A stretch of DNA of 32,000 nt. It comes from Vulcanisaeta distributa DSM 14429 (GTDB lineage: Archaea > Thermoproteota > Thermoprotei > Thermoproteales > Thermocladiaceae). Both the position numbers and the translations under genes were made by a program. Of this stretch, positions 7,609 through 16,058 are shown piece by piece. The notes under the pieces were generated by a model. That model was not told the DNA's origin. It did no database searches and saw nothing but the letters and a program-made list of their open reading frames with translations. The stretch's first letter is position 1; each line of letters opens with the position of its first letter. The stretch is taken from NCBI RefSeq assembly GCF_000148385.1, contig NC_014537.1, forward strand, positions 1,290,001 to 1,322,000. Direction: 5' to 3'.

Positions 7609-8970
7609 ATGATGAAGGAACTCGTCATAATAGGTTATGGCGCCGCCGGGTTTGCAGCATTAATTAGGGCAAATGAACTTGGAATAAAACCGGTATTGAT
7701 AGGTTATGGACCATTGGGAGGTACCTGCGTTAACGTTGGCTGTGTACCCTCTAAGACCGTTTTACGCATTGGGGAGTTGTATAATTATGTAAGTAAGGTG
7801 CTTGGTCATGAACATTACCCTGAGTTTACGGAGGTATTCGCCAGGGAAAGGGAAGTGGTTAACGAGCTTAGGCGGTTGAAGTATGAGGATGTACTGGCCA
7901 AGTACGACGTTGAGCTCATTGAGGGTAAAGCGTACTTCACATCATCAAGTACCGTTAAGGTTAATGGTAAAGTCATAGAGGCAAGAAGGTTCATAATAGC
8001 CACGGGTGCATCACCAAAGATACCGGAAATACCAGGACTTAAGGAGGTTGGGTATTGGACCAACGTTGAGGCGCTTAATCCTGATAGGAAGGTGGACTCG
8101 CTAGTCATTATTGGAGGCAGGGCCCAGGCCCTTGAATTCGCCCAGATGTATAGGAGGCTGGGGGTTGACGTCGCCATAGTACAGAGGAGCCCGACATTAA
8201 TACCTGACTGGGAACCTGAACTTGCCCTAGAGGCTCAGAGGATGCTTGAGGATGAGGGAGTATTGGTTATTACTAACGCCAAGGTGCTTAGGGTTAGTAG
8301 AGGTTTGGGTAAAGTCGTAATTACGGATAAGGGTGAGATTGAGGCTGACGAAATACTATTGGCCACCGGTAGGAGACCAAATATTGACCTAAATCTTGAA
8401 GCTGCAGGGGTTAAATTAAATGATAAAGGTGGCATACTCGTGGATGACGAGTTAAGGACAACAAACCCTCGCATTTACGCGGCGGGTGACGTAATTGGTG
8501 GTCCAATGCTTGAGGCATTGGCTGGTAAGCAGGGTGTTGTGGCTGTTGATAATGCCGTACTTAATGCGCACAGGAGGATTGATATGATGAGCGTACCTCA
8601 AGCAATATTTACGCAACCCAACCTGGCCAGGGTTGGATTAACGTTTATGGAGGCGAGTAAGGCTAGGATTAATGCTGATTATAGGGTTGTTTGGATGAGG
8701 GATGTGGCCAAGGCACATATATTGGGTGATACCAGGGGCTTAATTAAGATAATTATTGATAAAAATAATATGAGGATAATCGGCGTGCATGTGATGGCGG
8801 AGAACGCGGCTGAATTCATAGGTGAGGCTGCCCTTGCAATTAGGTTGAGGGCTACGGTTGATGATATTATTGATACAGTACACGTATTCCCAACCATGGC
8901 TGAGTCCCTTAAGCTGGCGGCTCAGGCCTTTCGTAGAGATATTAGTAAGTTAAGCTGTTGTGTGGATTAA
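7609..8970 (+). CDS. merA: Mercuric reductase, core form without an N-terminal HMA (NmerA) domain
   Basis: 453-aa ORF. It has an FAD GxGxxG motif (IIGYGAAG), the redox-active GGTCVNVGCVPSK, and a C-terminal vicinal Cys pair (SKLSCCVD), which is the MerA hallmark among pyridine-nucleotide disulfide oxidoreductases. Confidence 0.8.
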   Translation: MMKELVIIGYGAAGFAALIRANELGIKPVLIGYGPLGGTCVNVGCVPSKTVLRIGELYNYVSKVLGHEHYPEFTEVFAREREVVNELRRLKYEDVLAKYDVELIEGKAYFTSSSTVKVNGKVIEARRFIIATGASPKIPEIPGLKEVGYWTNVEALNPDRKVDSLVIIGGRAQALEFAQMYRRLGVDVAIVQRSPTLIPDWEPELALEAQRMLEDEGVLVITNAKVLRVSRGLGKVVITDKGEIEADEILLATGRRPNIDLNLEAAGVKLNDKGGILVDDELRTTNPRIYAAGDVIGGPMLEALAGKQGVVAVDNAVLNAHRRIDMMSVPQAIFTQPNLARVGLTFMEASKARINADYRVVWMRDVAKAHILGDTRGLIKIIIDKNNMRIIGVHVMAENAAEFIGEAALAIRLRATVDDIIDTVHVFPTMAESLKLAAQAFRRDISKLSCCVD

Positions 8971-9403
8971 TCCTGCTTTTAACGGCTTTATATATTGGGA
9001 TAATGAGATCACGATTTTAAGAATTAAGTCGTCTAGGTAGATTACCGCAATAGAGATTCTGAGTACACCCATGCTCAACCATTTACACCATATAGCCCAT
9101 GTAACATCTCTTAATGATATCATTAATTAATGCATCATCGAATAATCGATACTGCGCTATCTTCATTCAATTCTCCGGAGTAATAATCTCAGCATTCATC
9201 TACGTTATAATGAACCCAGGCATCACCAGCATATTAAATAGTACCCTCATTACGGACTTAACCCACTTTCCTTCCTTATTAGGATATGAAGCGCATGAAC
9301 AGGATGGGTCATGCGTGTTAATGTAATAATAATAGAGGTAATACTGTCTATCTATTAAGCAATTGGGGATATTTTATTTATAATAGTTGTAGATCATTGT
9401 GGT

Positions 9404-9775
9404 ATGGGGAAGTACGCATTTGTAATACTTTGTAACCCGGATGACTTATCAGAGTCCATAAAGGCTGCCCATGCCCTTCATTACGCGGTACAGCTTAAGC
9501 GCAAGGGACATGACGTTTTAGTATACTTTGATGGGCTTGGTTCAAGAATACCGATAGCGAGCGCCAATAGCCCATATAAGGGCTTAAAACCTGCCTATGA
9601 CGAGGCATATAGAGAAGGCTTAATCTATGGCGTTTGCGGCTACTGCGCATCACCACCGCATCTAAACATAAGGGATTCACTACTCAAATTAAACATTAAG
9701 CTGATTGGTGATGAGGAGCATCATGAGGATATATCAATGTTTATTGATAAGGACTACACCGTACTCATAGTCTAG
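9404..9775 (+). CDS. DsrE-like (DsrE/DsrF/YchN fold) small protein
   Basis: 123-aa ORF. KYAFVILCNPDD....AHALHYAVQLKRKGHDVLVYFDGLG is a DsrE-type N-terminal beta-alpha-beta. There is a Cys pair in GVCGYCA. An A/T box lies about 25 nt upstream. Confidence 0.45.
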   Translation: MGKYAFVILCNPDDLSESIKAAHALHYAVQLKRKGHDVLVYFDGLGSRIPIASANSPYKGLKPAYDEAYREGLIYGVCGYCASPPHLNIRDSLLKLNIKLIGDEEHHEDISMFIDKDYTVLIV

Positions 9776-9921
9776 GTTATAATACTATATTTTGTTTCCA
9801 TTAAAACTAAAAATACGTGTGATGACCGACTGACTGGGTATAGATCACATCATATTGTTAAGATATTATTGAGAAACTTGAAAACTTCACTTTTAGATTT
9901 ATTTAAAAGTAAAGCGCTTGA

Positions 9922-10254
9922 TTAACTTACCTGATTCTCGTATTCCTTTTTGAAAATTATTAATTCATGGAAATAACCGTTAACTATACCCTTATACTCA
10001 TAGTCTAATTTCTTCATCGTCCTTATTATGCTCTCTATTGCCTTGAGCCAGTCATCATCATTAACCAGCACCCTCAGTCCATAACCTGGCCTTAGCTTCT
10101 TCGCTTCATTCAATATTGAGTAAATTGGATGCCTAAGCCCTGCCTCGCATGACTCATGACTGTCAAATACCAATGTCTCAATTATCTCCATAGATCTCAC
10201 TATATCTTCATTTTCACGATTTAAATTACTTAATAATTTATGCAAAATATGCAC
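9922..10254 (-). CDS. Small DUF2249-like / TusA-fold-like protein
   Basis: 110-aa ORF. GLRHPIYSILNEAKKLRPGYGLRVLVNDDDWLKAI resembles the DUF2249 pattern (..RHP.I......L.PGE...LVNDHDP.PL). The true start may be the internal MEIIETL (ATG at 10191), because the annotated start leaves only about 20-44 bp to the divergent rhodanese gene. Confidence 0.35.
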   Translation of the reverse strand: MHILHKLLSNLNRENEDIVRSMEIIETLVFDSHESCEAGLRHPIYSILNEAKKLRPGYGLRVLVNDDDWLKAIESIIRTMKKLDYEYKGIVNGYFHELIIFKKEYENQVS

Positions 10255-10274
10255 TTCTAAACTAATTTATTAAT

Positions 10275-11186
10275 TTGACTATATTTGAATGCATTTGTAT
10301 GGGTTACGCACATCCAGAGGTCCTTGTGGATACGGAGTGGGTGGTTAATCATCTAAAGGATCCTAAGGTCAAAATAGTGGAGGTGGATTATGACCCAAGC
10401 ACCGCATACTTTGTATGGCATATACCAGGGGCATCACTACTTACATGGAAAGATCACATTAGGCATCCCGTACGTAGGGACTTCGTGGAGCCCGACCAAT
10501 TTGCCAGGTTCATGGAGGAACGAGGAATATCAAATGATACGACCGTCGTGCTTTACGGAGACTACAACAATTGGTTTGCGGCTTACGCCTTTTGGGTCTT
10601 TAAGGTTTATGGACATGAGGATGTGAGACTACTCAATGGCGGCAGGACCAAGTGGGCTAAGGAGAATAGGCCAACGTGCAGTGGGCACCAAGAGCCGCAT
10701 TATTATAGGGAGGCTGGCGCCAAGTATGTGGTTAAGAGGGTTGATTGGGGTAGCCATAGGGTATACGCATGGGAAATACTCAATAGGTTAAACAAGGGTG
10801 AGGTCGGTAAAAGCCTAATGCTAGTTGATGTTAGATCCCCCAAGGAATACACTGGCGAGATAACAGCACCGCCTGAGTACCCCAATGAACATGCGCAAGT
10901 TGGTGGCCATATACCTGGCGCGATCAATATCCCCTGGAGCCTAGCCGTTAATCCGGAGACAGGTGAGTTTAAATCGCCAGATGAGTTAAGGAGACTTTAT
11001 GAGCAGTACGGGATTACGTCAGACAAGGAAATCGTTACATACTGCAGAATTGCCGAAAGGGCATCCCACACCTGGTTTGTGCTAAAATACCTATTGGGCT
11101 ATCCCTCAGTTAGGGTGTATGATGGTTCATGGGCAGAATGGGGTAACATGGTCGGTGTTCCAATAAAGAAGGGACAAGAGCCCTAA
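10275..11186 (+). CDS. Tandem-domain thiosulfate sulfurtransferase (rhodanese, CysA/SseC-like)
   Basis: 303-aa ORF. The catalytic loop is YCRIAERASHTWFVLKYLLGY, with DGSWAEWG and HIPGA in both domains. The track start is TTG 10275; ATG 10299 (MGYAHPEVLV) is the more likely start. Confidence 0.85.
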   Translation: MTIFECICMGYAHPEVLVDTEWVVNHLKDPKVKIVEVDYDPSTAYFVWHIPGASLLTWKDHIRHPVRRDFVEPDQFARFMEERGISNDTTVVLYGDYNNWFAAYAFWVFKVYGHEDVRLLNGGRTKWAKENRPTCSGHQEPHYYREAGAKYVVKRVDWGSHRVYAWEILNRLNKGEVGKSLMLVDVRSPKEYTGEITAPPEYPNEHAQVGGHIPGAINIPWSLAVNPETGEFKSPDELRRLYEQYGITSDKEIVTYCRIAERASHTWFVLKYLLGYPSVRVYDGSWAEWGNMVGVPIKKGQEP

Positions 11187-11238
11187 ACCTTAAAATAACG
11201 TTGAATTACCCACTCGTTCTTAAATCATTTAATATTCA

Positions 11239-11616
11239 TTACTCATTCTTGTTGAGGTTAACCATATTAAAGGCCAGGTAATGACATGGTACGCTCAATG
11301 AACAATCCCCACTACCATTACTAAGCGACCTAATCATCTCGGCGGCCCTCAAGCATTTACCCATACTCCTCAATAGCTCAATCAGTAACCCAAGGCCTAA
11401 CCTCACGTCAGGGTCATTTAAAGCCCTTATTAAACCAAGGACACCATCCACGGGCTTTACCTCATGATTAACATTGGTAGAAACACCATATAATGAACAT
11501 AGTATACATCGCGCTGCCTCCTGTATTGTAACCCTAAGCTCATCCTTATTATAACTACTCATAACATTAAGCACGTAATTTATTAGATCGTTGACCGTTA
11601 GACTTAATTCAACCAT
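11239..11616 (-). CDS. DUF1641-like small protein
   Basis: 125-aa ORF. VDGVLGLIRALNDPDVRLGLGLLIELLRSMGKCL resembles the conserved C-terminal DUF1641 block (..l.gllkal.dpev.rglg.l...lk.lg). Confidence 0.4.
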   Translation of the reverse strand: MVELSLTVNDLINYVLNVMSSYNKDELRVTIQEAARCILCSLYGVSTNVNHEVKPVDGVLGLIRALNDPDVRLGLGLLIELLRSMGKCLRAAEMIRSLSNGSGDCSLSVPCHYLAFNMVNLNKNE

Positions 11617-11794
11617 CCAATGAATCTTTTACGCAATATATTATTCCTTTTCACTAAGTGTATTATGCATGAATTTCAGAGTTAAAAATCATAAATTAAT
11701 AACATGTATGTACGATTCCTAATTATTAATTATTCATCAGAATAAAATCGGCATAGGCTTAAAGGTTAAAAATCAATACTGCATCGCAAATTTA

Positions 11795-13132
11795 ATGTTA
11801 AGTGAGTTGGGTAGCATTGTTCAAAACATTAGGGGCTCTGTGGATGAGGGGGTAATAGTCTCCAGGAGGGTTAGGTGGTCAATGATTAGGTTCGCCAATA
11901 ATGAACCCACAATAGCCAATAACTGGGTCACCCACGAAACAACAATATACATTGCTAAGTCAAGGAGGTATTTAACCACTTCACTTTCAACAGCCAACAT
12001 AAACATTATTAGGAACAGGGTCCAGGAATTAATCAAGGAATTAAGTAACATACCTGAGGATGAATTCTACGTACCATTAACCCATGGCGAGAAACCAAGA
12101 CAATTAATTGGTAAGTATGATGGCAGAGTGGAGGGTGAGATTGATAGGCTAATTGATGGATTGAATGAGGCAATCCAGGCGTCACTTAACGAGGGTTCGC
12201 AGAGGAATGCCGGTGTAATGACCTTTGGCGTTGAGGAGCGTTACTACATTGATAGTACTGGGCTTGAGCTTGAGGATAAGGCTTCCTTCGTGACACTTAC
12301 GATTAGGGCATTTATCGATGACTTAACAGCCACGTCGGTGTCTATATCAAATACCCTCGATGGATTTAGACCAAGGGATGCGGGTGCTGAGGCAGGGCGC
12401 TTGGTGAGGTTGTCTAAGGATTTACCAGAGGAGAGTGTGGGTAGTGGCAGGTATAATGTGGTTCTTGGTCCGTTGGTGTCGGCCCATTTATACGGCGTGA
12501 TGACCGCCATGTGGTTTAATGCCTATTCAGTAATAACGGAGATGTCTGGCATCTCTAAGAACGATATTGGTAATTTAATAGCCAGCGAAGGACTATCGAT
12601 AATGGATTTATCAGGCGATCCCAGCGCCTTTGGTTCGGAATCCTTTGATTATGAGGGTAATAAAACGATGAGCGTGGAGGTAATAAGGAAGGGGACACTC
12701 ACTGGGTTATTACATAATAATAGGACAGCCACTAAGTTCAATACAATCAGTACAGGTCATGCCGTTGGTAATTGGTTACGACCGAGGCCAAGGCACGTGG
12801 CGATAGGCACAGGGCGATTACCCAATGATATTGAGGCAATAGCGGCTGAGCTTGGGAATGGAATTATCATAACCAATAATTGGTACACGAGGTTTCAGAA
12901 TGTTAAGGAGGGCGTGTTCTCAACCGTTGTTAGGGATGTGGCATTTCTAGTGAGGAATGGTAAGTTGAGTGCCAGGGTGCGCGGGTTAAGGATTGCGGAT
13001 TCCTTCAGGACGTTACTTAGGAATTTCGTCGACTCAAGTGGGGAGGCTAGGCAGGTTTATTGGTGGGACTCGCCACTACCTGGCACGGCACCATACGTGT
13101 TAATTAAGGATTTAAACATATCAAAGGGTTAG
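11795..13132 (+). CDS. pmbA: PmbA/TldE-family protein (non-catalytic partner of TldD; no HExxxH)
   Basis: 445-aa ORF with the length and C-terminal pattern typical of the PmbA_TldD family (GNGIIITNNWYTRFQN...G.FS...RD.AFLV.NGK). It is convergent with, and overlaps, tldD. Confidence 0.75.
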   Translation: MLSELGSIVQNIRGSVDEGVIVSRRVRWSMIRFANNEPTIANNWVTHETTIYIAKSRRYLTTSLSTANINIIRNRVQELIKELSNIPEDEFYVPLTHGEKPRQLIGKYDGRVEGEIDRLIDGLNEAIQASLNEGSQRNAGVMTFGVEERYYIDSTGLELEDKASFVTLTIRAFIDDLTATSVSISNTLDGFRPRDAGAEAGRLVRLSKDLPEESVGSGRYNVVLGPLVSAHLYGVMTAMWFNAYSVITEMSGISKNDIGNLIASEGLSIMDLSGDPSAFGSESFDYEGNKTMSVEVIRKGTLTGLLHNNRTATKFNTISTGHAVGNWLRPRPRHVAIGTGRLPNDIEAIAAELGNGIIITNNWYTRFQNVKEGVFSTVVRDVAFLVRNGKLSARVRGLRIADSFRTLLRNFVDSSGEARQVYWWDSPLPGTAPYVLIKDLNISKG

Positions 13133-14562
13133 CGCGGTGCCTTCAAAACCCTGACACCAACCACCCTAAAGGTGGGTCCACCTAAGTAAACAGGGACTCC
13201 CTGCTCAGGATTACCCTTACCGCAGGTTCCTGGGTAGAACCTAAGGTCATTAGCCACTGCGTCCACGTTACTCCACAAGGTCTTCGTGTCAACCTCAATA
13301 AATGGTTCCCTAACCATGTACTTCAGGTCTCCATTTTCTATGTAGTAGGCCTCGAAACCGCCATAACGCCCAAACCAGCGCTTATCATCAATATTCCACT
13401 CAGTGTATGAGACTATGTACAACCCCCTCCTAGTCTCCCTAATTATTTCCTCAGGCTTCCAATTACCCGGTGCTAAGTACGTATTGGCCATCCTTGGTAT
13501 TGGCTCCTTATCAAATTCACTAGCCCTGGCTGCAGCATTACTTGTTAACCCGATGTATGATGCGTACTCCCTATTCATTAAGAACTCATTAATCACACCA
13601 TTCCTAACTAGGAACCTCGGCCTAGCGGTGACCCCCTCCTCATCGACTAGGTAGAAGCCGTAGCTATTGGGTATTGTTGGGTCGTCTATTATCGTGACCA
13701 ACTCACTACCAATCCTATAGCTACCCAGGTAATCCGGCTTAGCATACGATTCTCCTGCCTCAGCACCCTCCCTACCCATGATCCTATCCAACTCCAGCGG
13801 GTGGCCTATGCTCTCATGAACCATTATACCCGCCAACTCAGGGCTTAGCACCACATCCATTACCTCATCATGAGGAAGCGGCCTAGCCTTATCAAGCACA
13901 TCCCTAATGACACTAACCTCCCTATCAACCTCATCCTCAACGCCACTTAGTACCTCGAAACCACCTGAACCACCAAACTCGATATTTCTCTGGGCACTGC
14001 CGCTCTGTGGGTCATATGCTATTAACGAACCGAAGAGGTAGACTCTGGGTACCCTACTCCTAACGTAGGCCCCGTCACTGGTTATAATTAACTTCTCAGT
14101 AATTGTGGTGCTCAGGAATAGGTTCCTAACCCTAATCCTGGGCTCAACCCTGGCATGGGCATCGAGCTCGCTTAAGTACTTAATTAAGTACTCATTTGGT
14201 AAGTCCTCAACTTTAACTCTCTGGCTAACGTCATACGTGATCCTAGCCAGCCTATCCCTACTGATGGTCACCTTCCTCCTCCTAAGCCTAGCCACAGACC
14301 TAGCCAACGAGACAGCCCTACCCACGGTATCTTTAATTGACTCCCAATCAGTACTGCTCGTTGCAGCGAAACCCCACATGCCATCTACCAAGACCCTAAC
14401 CGAAACACCACCATAGGAGTAACTACTTAATGACTGAAGTGCACCATTCCTAACACCGACAAACCTAACAGTGTCATCCTGATACCTAACCTCAGCATAC
14501 GTAGAGCCATTACTCAGGGCAAGGTCAACAGCCTTAACCATGGAATCCTCAGGCCAACTCAT
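13129..14562 (-). CDS. tldD: TldD-family zinc metalloprotease
   Basis: 477-aa ORF. It has the catalytic HExxxH in GIMVHESIGHPLELDR and a family-typical C-terminus (GTCGKGNPEQGVPVYLGGPTFRV). Confidence 0.85.
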   Translation of the reverse strand: MSWPEDSMVKAVDLALSNGSTYAEVRYQDDTVRFVGVRNGALQSLSSYSYGGVSVRVLVDGMWGFAATSSTDWESIKDTVGRAVSLARSVARLRRRKVTISRDRLARITYDVSQRVKVEDLPNEYLIKYLSELDAHARVEPRIRVRNLFLSTTITEKLIITSDGAYVRSRVPRVYLFGSLIAYDPQSGSAQRNIEFGGSGGFEVLSGVEDEVDREVSVIRDVLDKARPLPHDEVMDVVLSPELAGIMVHESIGHPLELDRIMGREGAEAGESYAKPDYLGSYRIGSELVTIIDDPTIPNSYGFYLVDEEGVTARPRFLVRNGVINEFLMNREYASYIGLTSNAAARASEFDKEPIPRMANTYLAPGNWKPEEIIRETRRGLYIVSYTEWNIDDKRWFGRYGGFEAYYIENGDLKYMVREPFIEVDTKTLWSNVDAVANDLRFYPGTCGKGNPEQGVPVYLGGPTFRVVGVRVLKAPR

Positions 14563-14615
14563 TAATTAAGCATCAGTTAGTGGCTTTAAAGATATTATGT
14601 GTTTAATGCATTAAT

Positions 14616-15023
14616 TTACATGCCCCTACATAACAACTCATAGTAAGTATTTGGTTGCGGTATATCTCTAATGATAATCACCTTTCCATTCTGTAGCACT
14701 AGGTATATTGAACCACAATTAAAATGCTTAGCCAATATCCCCTGCGATATAAAACAATCAACTACTTGTCTCAGGTCCACGGTTCTAACCCCAGTGAGTC
14801 CTCTTATGGTTATTAATTTATCTTCTATGCAGTATTCATGCCTTTGCTTCCAAAGTATGTATATGCTTAATAATACGTACCATAATATTACGAAGATTAT
14901 ATAGTTTATTATCCTCGATGGTGTAATTTCAAGAAATAATGAGAATATTGCTAGTACTATTGTACCTTTAATAACGGTTTTTCTGACTATGGGCCTAATG
15001 CATTTATTATGAGTATTGATCAT
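14616..15023 (-). CDS. Membrane protein with a bacterial-type PH (bPH_2/YdbS-like) domain
   Basis: 135-aa ORF with two N-terminal TM segments, then YCIEDKLITIRGLTGVRTVDLRQVVDCFISQGILAKHFNCGSIYLV, which matches the YdbS/YdbT PH pattern. Confidence 0.5.
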   Translation of the reverse strand: MINTHNKCIRPIVRKTVIKGTIVLAIFSLFLEITPSRIINYIIFVILWYVLLSIYILWKQRHEYCIEDKLITIRGLTGVRTVDLRQVVDCFISQGILAKHFNCGSIYLVLQNGKVIIIRDIPQPNTYYELLCRGM

Positions 15024-15083
15024 TTAATGAGGTAATTAAGTTAAGGCTTTAAAATAATTAAAATTAATCTTAGTTAAATAGGT

Positions 15084-16058
15084 ATGGTGCTTCTTGAAGT
15101 TAAGGATTTAAGCGTAGTTTACAGAACCCCCTTTGGTATTGTTAATGCCCTTAATGACGTAACCTTCAGCATAGATAAAGGCGAGTCGCTTGCCGTTGTT
15201 GGTGAGTCAGGTAGTGGTAAGTCAACATTGGCTTTGGCCGTTGCAAGATTATTACCACCCAATGCCAGGTATGTTAGTGGATCTATAGTGTTTGATGGTA
15301 TTGACATACTGAGGTTAAGTAGTGATGAGATGAGGAAGATAAGGGGTACGGGGATCTTCATGGTGTTTCAGGAACCAGCAACAAGCTTGAACCCTGTGTT
15401 TAAGGTTAAGGATCAGTTAATGGAAGCCGTGAGGATTAGATATGAGAGGGAGGGCAATACTTTCGATGAGAGCAAGGCTATTAATGAAATAATGAGCGTC
15501 CTTAAGGACGTTAGGATACCCGATCCTGAATTAATAATTGAAAGATACCCACACCAATTATCTGGAGGTCAGATACAGAGGGTTATGATAGCCATGGGGC
15601 TGCTCATGAGACCTAAACTATATATTGCCGATGAGCCGACATCCGCATTAGACGTGACCGTTCAAGCACAGATCCTCAAACTACTCAAGGATTTAAAGAA
15701 CGAGTATGGTATATCAATACTATTCATAACTCATGATATAGCCGTTGCATCGATAATAGGCGATTCAATAATGGTATTATATGCAGGTCAATTAATGGAG
15801 CTAGGTCCGGCAAAGAACGTGATTTATGAGCCGAGGCATCCATATACGCAGGCGCTACTGAGTAGTATACCAAAAATTAGTAAGTTTGAGGGAAGATTAC
15901 CAATAATAGGTGGTTCTGTACCTAACTTATTGAACCCACCACCCGGCTGTAGATTTCACCCAAGGTGTCCCCATAGAATGGATGTATGTGATAAGGTTGT
16001 TCCAAATCTCGTTAAGGTTAATAATGTGCATGTGAGGTGCCACTTATATGGGCAGTGA
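15084..16058 (+). CDS. Opp/Dpp-type ABC transporter ATP-binding protein (D subunit)
   Basis: 324-aa ORF. It has Walker A GESGSGKST, the signature LSGGQIQR, Walker B LYIADEPTSALD, and a C-terminal Opp-type extension with four Cys. Confidence 0.9.
   Translation: MVLLEVKDLSVVYRTPFGIVNALNDVTFSIDKGESLAVVGESGSGKSTLALAVARLLPPNARYVSGSIVFDGIDILRLSSDEMRKIRGTGIFMVFQEPATSLNPVFKVKDQLMEAVRIRYEREGNTFDESKAINEIMSVLKDVRIPDPELIIERYPHQLSGGQIQRVMIAMGLLMRPKLYIADEPTSALDVTVQAQILKLLKDLKNEYGISILFITHDIAVASIIGDSIMVLYAGQLMELGPAKNVIYEPRHPYTQALLSSIPKISKFEGRLPIIGGSVPNLLNPPPGCRFHPRCPHRMDVCDKVVPNLVKVNNVHVRCHLYGQ

Noticed and set aside
7815-8897. Three minus-strand ORFs (7815-8177, 8235-8474, 8679-8897) inside merA
   Set aside because: They are Ser/Thr/Leu-rich antisense shadows of a strongly supported CDS. 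The same reasoning applies to the antisense or out-of-frame track ORFs at 1936-2200, 3619-3855, 5547-5826, 9495-9680, 10390-10927, 11821-12510, 13403-14416, 14671-14904, 15119-15361, 17214-17402, 18171-18425, 19632-20070, 20647-21221, 23213-23623, 24437-24619, 25386-25989, 26772-27455 and 29416-30115.
9114-9326. 70-aa plus-strand ORF in the gap after merA
   Set aside because: It has no recognisable motif, promoter or RBS context, and its composition is odd. I kept the gap as a finding but did not call the ORF a gene.
9817-9849. Perfect C-box-like GTGATGA (9819-9825) followed 4 nt later by CTGA, within a TGTGAT/ATCACA hairpin between convergent genes
   Set aside because: There are no guide-length spacers, no C'/D' boxes and no distal D box on either strand. 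It is probably a chance motif or a simple inter-gene hairpin, not a C/D sRNA.
10275-10298. TTG-initiated 8-codon N-terminal extension of the second rhodanese
   Set aside because: The ATG at 10299 (MGYAHPEVLV...) aligns with the usual start of tandem rhodaneses and leaves more room for the divergent promoters. I kept the track coordinates in the feature but flagged the start.
11676-11740. Minus-strand CTGATGA ... CTGA pair 65 nt apart in the intergenic region upstream of pmbA
   Set aside because: The first position is not a purine, and no acceptable D'/C' boxes sit at the right spacing. The would-be guides are almost pure A/T (ATAATTAATAAT), which is implausible for rRNA targeting in a thermophile.
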